From Ranitomeya imitator (Eukaryota), in the NCBI RefSeq assembly GCF_032444005.1, contig NC_091284.1:301444001-301508000 (forward strand): a DNA stretch of 64,000 nt. Direction: 5' to 3'. A program made the position numbers and the translations under genes. The notes beneath the pieces were generated by a model. It saw nothing but the letters and a program-made list of their open reading frames with translations. It was not told where the DNA came from and made no database searches. Shown here piece by piece: positions 22,833 to 35,398 of the stretch; position 1 is the first letter of the stretch, and every line of letters starts with the position of its first letter.

Positions 22833-24846
22833 TGTTACGGCTGTGACCGTAAACGCGGTTGAGCTGATGCCCCCACGTTGCCAAACCATGACGATGTGGT
22901 CGAGCGTCCCAAATGGGAACGCGATGTGGACCCACTGGACCACATAGAGTAACCTGGACCTACCTAGACTAGGGAAGGGCAGCGAGCAGGGTCTGTGGCA
23001 GCTGAACATGTGAGCAAGATAGCAATATACAGAACTAGATTACACCGCACAACTTCAGGTATGAAGAAACAAAGTTTACTTAAATGAAAACATAGTGCAT
23101 AACAAAACATAATGATGTCAGGATCCCGATTCCACACAACAGTGTAGGGTACACATCACAGGATAACAGACGAAGGCCTCTCTCTCAGGCCTCAGGTGCA
23201 GCACAGGCTCAGCAGGAGAACATCAGACACTGATCTTGAACAGATGTCAGACGATGGCAGGGGTCATCACGGGTTGATGCAGTCCAGGGTCATCTGGCAC
23301 AGGCTTACTAGGACGGCCTCTCTCAGGCCTCAGGCGTAGCACAGGCTCAGCAGGAGAACATCAGACACTGACCCAGGACAGACGTCATCACAGGGTGGAC
23401 CCCGGGGAACCGGTGGAACATTGGGTCACAGGCAGGACATCAGACACAGGCTGGACATCTGGACATCGGACACAGACTGGGCATCAGGACACGGACTGGA
23501 CATCAAGACACAAATTGGACATCAGGATAGACACTGGCATGGCAGCCTAGGTCATCGGCTGGAACACTGGCGTGGCAGCCCAGGACATCAGACATCGGAC
23601 ACAGGAAGGACATCAGAACATAGGCAGGGCATCAAGACATCAGGAATACGGATAGACATCTGGGACACTGGCGTGGCAGCCCAGGTCATCAGGACATCGG
23701 ACACAGGAAGGACATCAAGAATAATGGATAGACATCTGGGACACTGGCGACTCAGACTCTGATGGCACAGGATCAGGTAGCAGTAGTTATTAGGTTCCTA
23801 GCTACGGCCGTCAGGCTCCGGGCATCTGACCTAGGAAGGATCTCCAGCGTGATGGTGCAAGCACTGCCGGACTGGACCTGGGCCAGACGGGGTTAGCACG
23901 CATAACAGACTGAGCACAGCATAGTAAGGGCTCAGCATAAACACCAGATTCCATCTTTAAAAGATGAGCCCCGGAAGTTCAGTCACTTGATACGGGGTAT
24001 CAGACACAAAATGACTTCAGGAACATAACAGAGGACACAGTTCAGACAGAGTCAGGAGCTGGATATGCAGCCTCCAGGATAGGCGAGTCTGGGTACTCTG
24101 CCCCCAGGTTAGGCGGAAAAACAAAACACAAACGGATCTGGATATGCAGCCTACAGGATAGGAGGGTCTGGGTACTCTGCCCCGAGATTAGGCAGAAAAA
24201 CAAAACACAAACAGATCTGGATATGCCGGTTCCAGGATAGGTGGATCTGGGTACTCCACCCCCAGAACAGGTTTAAGACAGGTATCAGCTCTCCCAGAAC
24301 ATACTGCAGACAGAACGGGAGCTGGATACCTAACTCACAAGGCAAGACACAGAAACACAATGCAATGCTCTGGCAACTCCCAGCAGGAAAGGAGCTGCCC
24401 CTCAGCAATAGGCTGAGGAAGCAACACAGGTGCACACTCAAACACTAATAAAAGCAGGAGGTTAGGTGTGGCCGCGCGCACCCTAAGCACAAACAGAAAC
24501 CATTACAGCACAGACCGCACGGGAACCGTGCCTTAGGGCACCTGGCAGTGACTGCTAGCCTGAACACACGTGGAAAGTCATGCACCAGCTGCAGAGGACC
24601 TTTCAAGCCGCAGATCGCTTCCAGAGCTGCAACTAGGGACCGCACATGCGAGTGATCATGCAGCAGAGCAAAGACATCACAGCACATGTACAGCACAGCT
24701 ATGCAGCAGCACAGGGAACTGAGCCGCATCCATACAGGTAACAGACTACAGTATCTCTGCAAGTTAGGGGGAGAGGAGCAATGGTTAAAGCAGAGACATG
24801 CAAAAGTAACGCCGAAGAAACAAGGTATAAACCCAGCGGCGTTACA
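22833..24846 (-). mobile_element. Solo LTR (2.0 kb)
   Basis: TGTTACG...CGTTACA termini with perfect 5-bp TSD GTGAG (22828-22832, 24847-24851); internal GGACATC-rich repeats at 23420-23760; strand tentative. Confidence 0.8.
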
Positions 24847-26145
24847 GTGAGTTGTAGTTTTGAAAGACAAATTCATTTTCCCCTACAATGTTCTGAAAAA
24901 CAAAAAAGTCGAAATTCCAAATTAAAGGCAATAATAACGGGAAAAAATCCAAATGAAATAATAAAAAAATGCAATTCTGCCAGTTGCTTATGGAATTTGT
25001 TTTTAAATCATTGATTCTGTGTTAAAAAAGTACCCAGAAACATGATGCTCCAAGTAAGTACTATTACGGCGATATTAAACTTACATAGGTAGGTACATAG
25101 TGGTGAGAAAAAAATGTTTTGTAAACATTTTTTTTTACCATTTTCTGAGAATTGTAACATTTATATTTTTGCATTAGTTAAGTTGTGTGAGGGCTTGTTT
25201 TTTCTGTGGCAAACTGATGGCTTTATTGATACTAAAATCCTAAAAGGCTAGCCTATAAAGATAATAGGGGACTTAAAAAAATACGAAAAAACTTACAAAG
25301 AGAGAGTAGTACTAAGCCCAAAGAGTAAAATGTATATTTATTGCTAAAATTAGTTAAAAACATACACATACATAAACATAAAAAGTGGAGATAGTAAAGA
25401 GAGATAACTGCTTGCATAACAAATACTCAGGTAATGGTATGTTTAAATGTTAAAGCTGAAAATATGGTATACAACAGCATTCTATTAATCAAATGTTAAT
25501 TAGCCTATTCATTCAGGATGTTCGTGCTGTCAAACATAGACATTTGTATGGATCAGTCGCCAATAACTAGAGCAACAACGGGGGTGTGGGAACCACATAT
25601 ATATGACCAAGACGATCCAATATATAAAAGAATACTTTATTACTTATATATGACAGAAAAAATGGGGTTCATGGGGAACATGTGCAAAAAACAGGCAAAA
25701 GTGCAACTGTGCGAGAGAGACGTTTTGACCAGGACAAACTACAACTAGTATACGTATATATCATGTATAACAAATTGTTTTAAATACAAAAATCGGCATA
25801 ATACTGATGGATATCACATTATGACATTAGATAGCCTACCTATGTAGAATAGATTGTGATAATACACAACTCAAAAATAAGTGCAAGGAAATTGCGGTTA
25901 TTACCACCCCGTGCTTAAAGTTAAGCTACATAAGAGGGACTTTACCCAACATATAAAACGCTTAAACCAATATCCTGGTCATGTGACCTCCACTACTCGT
26001 ATCTGCTATAGGGGTATGCCCCAGTAGTCACATTACTACAAGTGTGTCACTAACAGTTAACCCTAGCTATCGAAGGGGCAAATTGTGGAAGTATTACCTC
26101 AAAAGCTGATGGTACTAGAAGTAGAAGTCCATGTCTGCACGTCTA

Positions 26146-26184
26146 CCCCGACGCTCATTTCGGAGACTTGCTCCTTCGTTAGGG
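26146..26184 (-). ncRNA. Decayed hammerhead ribozyme of PLE-C
   Basis: CC CUAACGA A GGAG-CAAGU-CUCC GAAA UGAGCG UC GGGG; G5A substitution and broken stem III palindrome. Confidence 0.65.
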
Positions 26185-27759
26185 AGCGTGTAAGTGAATA
26201 AAATCCCAGGTTTCAATTGCCGCTGGACCGGATGTAGCGATGACGCGTACCGGAAGTGACGCGTCTGCAGTCATGACTACCCACAACACCAAGCAGCGTC
26301 GACGTCATGCGGTGGCGTCACCAGGGGGACCACATAGAGACGCCAAAGGCTGCACAGCGTGTCGGGGCCAGGCACACATGAGCGCATGGTCGCATCATCG
26401 CTAGCTCCACTACCCGTGAATATTATGATAGCCGCTGCCAGATAGAGAAAATTTGCAGCGAGAAAGAGAGTAAACATTTAACAGTGGTTAAAGGGTAATT
26501 TAGAAAGTTAACTCAACAGAACTGGCTTCACTATATGTAACGGAGATGATCTAAATCTAATCTAAATCAAAATAGCGTAATTCAGGGGTGGATTAAGGGT
26601 AGCCAGGGCCCCGGGCTGTTCAGACACTGTGGGCCCCCTCAGTCATGTGACGGGGGTCATGATATACCCGAACCAGATTATTCCAGAAAAATGGCTGGGC
26701 CCTACTCTACTGTAACCTATTAAATATTGGTTAAAATCTGCAATACAATTTAGGTATATTTTGACCAATAATATCACATACAAGGAACAAATACCACGGC
26801 ACCATGACCAGACCACAAATTGCAATCAAAGTGATCGAATAATATCACATACAAGGAGCAAATACCACCGCACCATGTCAAGACCACATATTACCATCAC
26901 TTGGTGACCAAATAGCACATGCAAGGGACAAATACCACAACACCATTTCCAGACCACATATTACCACCACATAGTGACTGAATACTACAATACTGATCAG
27001 TAATAAAAAAAAACAACACAATACTATCACCATAAGTGCCAGTATTCACAGGAGATCTGTACTTAGTATGCAGTGTCTGTGTAGAGGTAATACAGAGATC
27101 ACTGGTGGTATTATACACAGGAGCTCTGTATATAATGTATAGGTAATACAGTGATCACTGGTGACATTGTACACAGGACCTCTGTATATAGTATACAGTG
27201 TATAGTGTATAGTGTCATTGTATAGGTAACACTGACTCACCAGTGACGTCTCTAGGTGAAGTCCTTCATCTTTCATCCAGCACAGACCGCCATCATTTCT
27301 TCCAGCCAGGACTCGTTTCTGCAGGAAATAACACAGTTATCACAAGCTCCGCTTGCAAAACACATTACTTAATTTTTCACAACTTCTACATTACACCACA
27401 TGAAGAAAAAAAAGGCGATATAGTATCACTCTGCACAGTAACAGGACCGCCCCCCCCCCCCCCATTTAAAACAGTATACTCAAAAAATAAAATAAATACA
27501 TCACTGCAGTAATAATATCCCTTAATTAGACCCTATGGTAATAATATTCCCCACCCTGGCACCGTTTATCTCATTCCTGGCTCCAGCCATATGTTCTCGC
27601 ATCCTGCCCTCATGAGTATCCATTCTACCCCATATGATCTCCACATCCTGCCCCATCTGTCTCCATCCTGCCCCATGATACAATCCTGCCCCATGTCTTT
27701 CATTCTGCCCCGTGTCTCCAATCATGCCCCGTGTCTACATTCTGCCCATGCCTCCAGTC

Positions 27760-28900
27760 CTGCCCCCAGTGTGTCCAGCAATCTGCCCCAGTGTGTCCAG
27801 CATATTACCCCCAGTGTGTCCAGCAATCTGCCCCAGTGTGTCCAGCAAATTGCCCCCAGTGTGTCCAGCAATCTGCCCCAGTATGTCCAGCATTGCCCCC
27901 AGTGTGCCCAGCAATCTGCCCCAGTATGTCCAATTGCCCAGCATTGCCCCCAGTGTGTCCAGCAATCTGCCCCAGTGTCCAGCATTGCCCCAGTGTGTCC
28001 AGCAATCTGCCCCAGTGTCTCCAGCAATCTGCCCCAGTGTCTCCAGCATTGCCCCAGTGTCTCCAGCATTGCCCCAGTGTCTCCAGCATTGCCCCCAGTG
28101 TATCCAGCATGTTACCCCCAGTGTGTCCAGCAATCTGCCCCAGTATGTCCAGCATTGCCCCAGTGTCTCCAGCATTGCCCCAGTGGCTCCAGCATTGCCC
28201 CAGTGTCTACAGCAATCTGCCCCAGTGTCTACAGCATTGCCCCAGTGTCTACAGCAATCTGCCCCAGTGTCTCCAGCATTGCCCCAGTGTCTCCAACAAT
28301 CTGCCCCAGTATGTCCAGCATTGCCCCAGTGTCTCCAGCATTGCCCCCAGTTTGTCCAGCAATCTGCCCCAGTGTCTCCAGCATTGCCCCAGTGTCTCCA
28401 GCAATTTGCCCCAGTGTCTACAGCAATCTGCCCCAGTGTCTACAGCATTGCCCCAGTGTCTCCAGCAATCTGCCCCAGTGTCTCCAGCAATCTGCCCCAG
28501 TGTCTCCAGAAATCTGCCCCAGTATGTCCAGCATTGCCCCAGTGTCTCCAGCATTGCCCCCAGTGTGTCCAGCAATCTGCCCCTGTGCCTCCAGCATTGC
28601 CCCAGTGTCTCCAGCATTGCCCCAGTGTCTCCAGCATTGCCCCAGTGTCTCCAGCATTGCCCCAGTGTCTCCAGCAATCTGCCCCAGTGTCTACAGCATT
28701 GCCCCAGTGTCTCCAGCAATCTGCCCCAGTGTCTCCAGCATTGCCCCAGTGTCTCCAGCATTGCCCCAGTGTCTCCAGCATTGCCCCAGTGTCTCCAGCA
28801 ATCTGCCCCAGTGTCTCCAGCAATCTGCCCCAGTGTCTCCAGCAATCTGCCCCAGTGTCTACAGCATTGCCCCAGTGTCTACAGCATTGCCCCCAGTATG
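27760..28900. repeat. 20/22-bp minisatellite (CCCCAGTGTCTCCAGCATTG / CCCCAGTGTCTCCAGCAATCTG)
   Basis: About 55 tandem units; source of the 400-500 aa repetitive ORFs. Confidence 0.95.
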
Positions 28901-29212
28901 TCCACCGTAACGGTTATCAAAAAACAAAACAAAACAAAAAACCCGAGTCTCCTCACCTGACCTGTGCGCTCCAGCGGCGAGCTCCCTCCAGCAGCGCACA
29001 CTCGCCGGCGACTGACAATGACGTCGGATGCCGGCGACGTGTGTACTGCGCCTGCGGCCGACATCAGCTGCCAGCCTCCAATTGGCTATCATTCAAAAAA
29101 GATTACCGCACACTCAAGACTGGTAAGATGCAAAAGGTGTATGCCAATTTTATTGAAGAAAACAAAAAAGAAGTGGTTGCCACATTCATATTCATTTGAA
29201 ATAGACAAAAAA

Positions 29213-29249
29213 CCCGACGTTTCGACCCTCCCGGGCCTTACTCATGGGG
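29213..29249 (-). ncRNA. Minimal hammerhead ribozyme, A3:U8 variant (PLE-D left arm)
   Basis: CCCC AUGAGUA A GGCCC-GGGA-GGGUC GAAAC GUC GGG; GNRA-capped stem II and ACGU palindromic stem III. Confidence 0.75.
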
Positions 29250-30886
29250 TTACTGAAAAGCAAAGAAACTGTATAAGACAATGTTTTACATAGGGCAACA
29301 TTATAGAAAGAAAAAAAGGGGGGGGGGGGGGGGAGAAAATTACAAGAGGAGAACAAAACAAGGAAACAAAACATTACATGCCATAATAAAACACCAATAA
29401 GAGAACGAGAAGAACTATTATGTACAAAGCAACCTAGAAGGCGAGGTAGTATGGTCAGGAACAACAAAAGGTTCTAGTAACAGGGTACAATAATAAACAA
29501 GGTATAATAATAGAGAAGCATGGTAATGAACTGTACAGTGTATTACCTCAAGTCCTTTGACATAGATGCATAATAGTGGCAGTGGTAGGGGGTGTACGAC
29601 CGATCCCTTGTTAAGGCACAACCTGTCATAGTGGCAAGATGACATAATAATTAAATAGGAATGAAGAGTAGGAAATGTCGATAGAGCCTAACGGAGGAGG
29701 GTGGGATCCAGACACGTGTATCCAGTGTGGCATATATTAGAGAGTAGTGTCAGGTTATAGAGATAGGAGAGGAATAATAATGCTATGGGGGCCCAAAAGG
29801 GCAGATAGGAGATAATGGAGTTAGTCCAGCCATAGAACTGATAGGTGTAGGGTACTGGGATAAAGTACCATAAAGGGGAACCACAAGAGCATTTGAAACT
29901 AGCAACACACGGGACAGAGTAAACATATGCTGTACCTTATAATAAAGCCAGTCCGGGCAGAAGTGTCCCGGGAGCACAGAATCTGGGTGGTGAGGGCCGT
30001 TAGACACCTAGTGGGTCTGTAAAAATAGGTACAGGTACGAGGGGTCAGAGGATGATATCAGGAAAAAAGTGGCCGTAAATGGCCAGAGAAGAGGCGGCAT
30101 ATGTATACCTGAAAAGGGTCCCTGGGAGGATTAGCGGCGCATCCCGCGCCTTGCTGTGATGTCCTGGGGGGAGACCTGGAAAGTGAGAGTGGCTGGGGCT
30201 GCCGCCCTCAAATAGCGCCGGACAGGAAGTACCGGACTGGAAGTGACATCAGAGCCACGCCTCCGCACTGAGCTCTGTGTGAGAGTATGGGCAAGAAGTT
30301 GCCCTTGAGTGGGAGTGGCTAAGCGCTTCTGAGTGTGTAAGGGGAAGGGGGTGGATATGAGAGCATTGTCCTGGTAATGGATGCTAGCAATGTAATTAAC
30401 CTGTAATGAATTGCAGGGCTCGCTGTAGGAAGATGGAAGTTGGTAAAGGGAGGGGGGCAAAAAAGACTAGTTATATGTTGCGGCAGAAAACAAATAGTAG
30501 CTGAGATGGATATGAGGGGATAAAAAATAAATAAGCAAGGAGGAAAAAAGAAAAAAAAAAAATCCTGAAAAAAACATGAAAACATGGGTGAAGATAGCAA
30601 GGTAAAAATAAAAACCAATAAAAAATAACAACAATTGGGGCAAAGATGAATGAAAATAAATACCAAATAATGGAAAAAGGAAAATAAGTAAATGAGCCAA
30701 AATAGAAGAATAAAAATTGAAATGAAAAGGAAAAAATAAGAATGAATATAAAAATAAATAAATAAATAATAAATTAAAAATAATAAAGGATAAATAGGAA
30801 AAATGCTCAAAAAAAGAAAAAAGAAAATATAAATGAAGATCAAAAATTGATGAAAATCAAAAATCTAGAACTATGCGCTAGATAAC

Positions 30887-32209
30887 TCACCTACTGGATG
30901 GTGGACTCAACGTGTCTGGAAGGTAAAGAATTAGTAACCAATCAATTTCTCTGTTGAGGCCTTTGGGACTTAGGGTCTCCAGTTTGTGGATCCAATAAGT
31001 CTCTCTCATTTTGAGCTGTCTAATGTGGTTACCACCTCTCCTGGGTCTAGGGACCTGCTCGATGACTTGGTATTTAAGCTGCGCCACCGTGTGTCGGCAT
31101 TTGATAAAATGATCAGGGATCGGTAACCAAGTTTTGCTGCAGCGAATGGTCGATTTGTGGCTTGCTATACGATCTTTTATGTGCTGGGTGGTCTCTCCTA
31201 CGTACATGAGTCCACATGGGCACTTTATAACGTAAACAACAAAGTTAGAGTTGCACGTATAGTAGCCACGGATCGGGAAGGTCTTACCTGTCCTGGGGTG
31301 TGTTATGCTGTCCGACTTGATGACATTAGAACAGGAGGCGCAGTTGAGACAAGGAAATGTCCCTAAACGATGTGGAGCTAGTACAGTCTGGTTAGTTGTA
31401 GGGCGTAGGCTGCCTACGTCTGCCCGAACCAGTTTATCCTTAATATTGGGGGCTCTCCTATTACACATAAGAGGTGGTGAGAAAAAGCTGGTGATGTTGG
31501 GGTAGGCCTTACCCAGGAGAGGCCAATGCTTGTTAATAACTCTCTCGATTTTGGGCATAAACGGGTGAAATGTGTGGACAAATGGAACCCTGTTCTCATT
31601 GGTATTGACTAGAGGTGGTGGTGGAGGTTGTAGAATCCGGGCTTTTTCTTGGTCAAGTAGACGTTGCGGGTAATTTCTCTCCCTAAACTTTTGGGACATG
31701 TTTTCTAGGCGTGTGGGGAGTATTTCTGGGTCAGAGATAATCCTAGCCACCCTGGTGAATTGTGAGCGGGGAAGGCTATTACGTGTTGCCTTTGGATGGC
31801 TACTAGAGAAGTGTAGAAGACTATTGCAGTCTGTAGGCTTGCAAAAGAGATCAGTAGATAGACGGCCCTGATCATCCTTTCGGACAAGGGTGTCCAGAAA
31901 GGAGATTTGGTTGGAGTCATGGTGCATAGTGAACTGAAGCTCAGGGTAGATGGAATTGAGGGTCTGATGGAATGCCCGTAATGTATCGGTGGACCCTGTC
32001 CAGATGAAGAAGATATCATCTATGTAGCGTAAATAGCAGTTAGTGTATTCCTTATATCTGGCATCAGTGTAGACGAAACTCTCCTCAAATGAATTCATGT
32101 ACGCATTAGCGTACGCCGGTGCGACGTTCGAGCCCATCGCGGTCCCCTGGCATTGTACGTAATAGGTATCCTCATAGAGGAAGTAGTTCTCGTAAAGAAC
32201 CAATCTCAA
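30887..32209 (-). CDS. PLE-D left arm: truncated RT-thumb-GIY-YIG ORF
   Basis: QGTAMG, YLRYIDDIFFIW, CLNCASC, CPCGLMYVGET, LETLSPKGLN; a 21-bp deletion removes the stop; motif MDVNSLYT lies in the spacer after a 1-bp frameshift. Confidence 0.85.
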   Translation of the reverse strand: MRLVLYENYFLYEDTYYVQCQGTAMGSNVAPAYANAYMNSFEESFVYTDARYKEYTNCYLRYIDDIFFIWTGSTDTLRAFHQTLNSIYPELQFTMHHDSNQISFLDTLVRKDDQGRLSTDLFCKPTDCNSLLHFSSSHPKATRNSLPRSQFTRVARIISDPEILPTRLENMSQKFRERNYPQRLLDQEKARILQPPPPPLVNTNENRVPFVHTFHPFMPKIERVINKHWPLLGKAYPNITSFFSPPLMCNRRAPNIKDKLVRADVGSLRPTTNQTVLAPHRLGTFPCLNCASCSNVIKSDSITHPRTGKTFPIRGYYTCNSNFVVYVIKCPCGLMYVGETTQHIKDRIASHKSTIRCSKTWLPIPDHFIKCRHTVAQLKYQVIEQVPRPRRGGNHIRQLKMRETYWIHKLETLSPKGLNREIDWLLILYLPDTLSPPSSR

Positions 32210-32368
32210 TAAGTCTATGCATAGATTTATATAGGAGGTGGATTTACCAGAGTTCTCTAGTAGTGATCTGGATGCCGCAATGCTTTCTCATGGCTGATGG
32301 ATGTGTAGAGACTATTTACGTCCATTACCCTCAAATCCACCTCCTATATAAATCTATGCATAGACTTA

Positions 32369-33649
32369 TTGAGATTGGTTCTTTACGAGAACTACTTCCT
32401 CTATGAGGATACCTATTACGTACAATGCCAGGGGACCGCGATGGGCTCGAACGTCGCACCGGCGTACGCTAATGCGTACATGAATTCATTTGAGGAGAGT
32501 TTCGTCTACACTGATGCCAGATATAAGGAATACGCTAACTGCTATTTACGCTACATAGATGATATCTTCTTCATCTGGACAGGGTCCACCGATACATTAC
32601 GGGCATTCCATCAGACCCTCAATTCCATCTACCCTGAGCTTCAGTTCACTATGCACCATGACTCCAACCAAATCTCCTTTCTGGACACCCTTGTCCGAAA
32701 GGATGATCAGGGCCGTCTATCTACTGATCTCTTTTGCAAGCCTACAGACTGCAATAGTCTTCTACACTTCTCTAGTAGCCATCCAAAGGCAACACGTAAT
32801 AGCCTTCCCCGCTCACAATTCACCAGGGTGGCTAGGATTGTCTCTGACCCAGAAATACTCCCCACACGCCTAGAAAACATGTCCCAAAAGTTTAGGGAGA
32901 GAAATTACCCGCAACGTCTACTTGACCAAGAAAAAGCCCGGATTCTACAACCTCCACCACCACCTCTAGTCAATACCAATGAGAACAGGGTTCCATTTGT
33001 CCACACATTTCACCCGTTTATGCCCAAAATCGAGAGAGTTATTAACAAGCATTGGCCTCTCCTGGGTAAGGCCTACCCCAACATCACCAGCTTTTCCTCA
33101 CCACCTCTTATGTGTAATAGGAGAGCCCCCAATATTAAGGATAAACTGGTTCGGGCAGACGTAGGCAGCCTACGCCCTACAACTAACCAGACTGTACTAG
33201 CTCCACATCGTTTAAGGACATTTCCTTGTCTCAACTGCGCCTCCTGTTCTAATGTCATCAAGTCGGACAGCATAACACACCCCAGGACAGGTAAGACCTT
33301 CCCGATCCGTGGCTACTATACGTGCAACTCTAACTTTGTTGTTTACGTTATAAAGTGCCCATGTGGACTCATGTACGTAGGAGAGACCACCCAGCACATA
33401 AAAGATCGTATAGCAAGCCACAAATCGACCATTCGCTGCAGCAAAACTTGGTTACCGATCCCTGATCATTTTATCAAATGCCGACACACGGTGGCGCAGT
33501 TTAAATACCAAGTCATCGAGCAGGTCCCTAGACCCAGGAGAGGTGGTAACCACATTAGACAGCTCAAAATGAGAGAGACTTATTGGATCCACAAACTGGA
33601 GACCCTAAGTCCCAAAGGCCTCAACAGAGAAATTGATTGGTTACTATAA
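32369..33649 (+). CDS. PLE-D right arm: truncated RT-thumb-GIY-YIG ORF
   Basis: 426-aa open frame, near-identical to the left arm; lacks RT motif A and the N-terminus. Confidence 0.85.
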   Translation: MRLVLYENYFLYEDTYYVQCQGTAMGSNVAPAYANAYMNSFEESFVYTDARYKEYANCYLRYIDDIFFIWTGSTDTLRAFHQTLNSIYPELQFTMHHDSNQISFLDTLVRKDDQGRLSTDLFCKPTDCNSLLHFSSSHPKATRNSLPRSQFTRVARIVSDPEILPTRLENMSQKFRERNYPQRLLDQEKARILQPPPPPLVNTNENRVPFVHTFHPFMPKIERVINKHWPLLGKAYPNITSFSSPPLMCNRRAPNIKDKLVRADVGSLRPTTNQTVLAPHRLRTFPCLNCASCSNVIKSDSITHPRTGKTFPIRGYYTCNSNFVVYVIKCPCGLMYVGETTQHIKDRIASHKSTIRCSKTWLPIPDHFIKCRHTVAQFKYQVIEQVPRPRRGGNHIRQLKMRETYWIHKLETLSPKGLNREIDWLL

Positions 33650-35361
33650 CACTATGCTAATTCTCTAATTCTTTACCTTCCAGACACGTTGAGTCCACCA
33701 TCCAGTAGGTGAGTTATCTAGCGCATAGTTCTAGATTTTTGATTTTCATCAATTTTTGATCTTCATTTATATTTTCTTTTTTCTTTTTTTGAGCATTTTT
33801 CCTATTTATCCTAATTATTTTTATTTTATTATTTATTATTTTTTTTTATTTTTTTTTTTATATTCATTCTTATTTTTTCCTTTTCATTTCAATTTTTATT
33901 CTTCTATTTTGGCTCATTTACTTATTTTCCTTTTTCCATTTTTTGGTATTTATTTTCATTCATCTTTGCCCCAATTGTTGTTATTTTTTATTGGTTTTTA
34001 TTTTTACCTTGGTATCTTCACCCATGTTTTCATGTTTTTTTCAGGATTTTTTTTTTTTTCTTTTTTCCTCCTTGCTTATTTATTATTTATTTTTTATCCC
34101 CTCATATCCATCTCAGCTACTATTTGTTTTCTGCCGCAACATATAACTAGTCTTTTTTGCCCCCCTCCCTTTACCAACTTCCATCTTCCTACAGCGAGCC
34201 CTGCAATTCATTACAGGTTAATTACATTGCTAGCATCCATTACCAGGACAATGCTCTCATATCCACCCCCTTCCCCTTACACACTCAGAAGCGCTTAGCC
34301 ACTCCCACTCAAGGGCAACTTCTTGCCCATACTCTCACACAGAGCTCAGTGCGGAGGCGTGGCTCTGATGTCACTTCCAGTCCGGTACTTCCTGTCCGGC
34401 GCTATTTGAGGGCGGCAGCCCCAGCCACTCTCACTTTCCAGGTCTCCCCCCAGGACATCGCAGCAAGGCGCGGGATGCGCCGCTAATCCTCCCAGGGACC
34501 CTTTTCAGGTATACATATGCCGCCTCTTCTCTGGCCATTTACGGCCACTTTTTTCCTGATATCATCCTCTGACCCCTCGTACCTGTACCTATTTTTACAG
34601 ACCCACTAGGTGTCTAACGGCCCTCACCACCCAGATTCTGTGCTCCCGGGACACTTCTGCCCGGACTGGCTTTATTATAAGGTACAGCATATGTTTACTC
34701 TGTCCCGTGTGTTGCTAGTTTCAAATGCTCTTGTGGTTCCCCTTTATGGTACTTTATCCCAGTACCCTACACCTATCAGTTCTATGGCTGGACTAACTCC
34801 ATTATCGCCTATCTGCCCTTTTGGGCCCCCATAGCATTATTATTCCTCTCCTATCTCTATAACCTGACACTACTCTCTAATATATGCCACACTGGATACA
34901 CGTGTCTGGATCCCACCCTCCTCCGTTAGGCTCTATCGACATTCCCTACTCTTCATTCCTATTTAATTATGTCATCTTGCCACTATGACAGGTTGTGCCT
35001 TAACAAGGGATCGGTCGTACACCCCCTACCACTGCCACTATTATGCATCTATGTCAAAGGACTTGAGGTAATACACTGTACAGTTCATTACCATGCTTCT
35101 CTATTATTATACCTTGTTTATTATTGTACCCTGTTACTAGAACCTTTTGTTGTTCCTGACCATACTACCTCGCCTTCTAGGTTGCTTTGTACATAATAGT
35201 TCTTCTCGTTGTCTTATTGGTGTTTTATTATTGCATGTACTGTTTTGTTTTCTTGTTTTGTTCTCCTCTTGTAATTTTCTCCCCCCCCCCCCCCTTTTTT
35301 CTTTCTATAATGTTGCCCAATGTAAAACATTGTCTTATACAGTTTCTTTGCTTTTCAGTAA

Positions 35362-35398
35362 CCCCATGAGTAAGGCCCGGGTAAGTCGAAACGTCGGG
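35362..35398 (+). ncRNA. Minimal hammerhead ribozyme, A3:U8 variant (PLE-D right arm)
   Basis: CCCC AUGAGUA A GGC-CCGGGUAA-GUC GAAAC GUC GGG; stem II shortened by substitutions. Confidence 0.7.

Noticed and set aside
27591-29199. 400-500 aa Pro/Gln/Cys-rich ORFs on both strands
   Set aside because: Translations of a 20/22-bp minisatellite that lacks stop codons; open in all frames
30319-34298. 174-180 aa very hydrophobic (F/I/L-rich) ORFs after the PLE-D ORF
   Set aside because: Poly-T low-complexity sequence; indels between the two arms shift the frames
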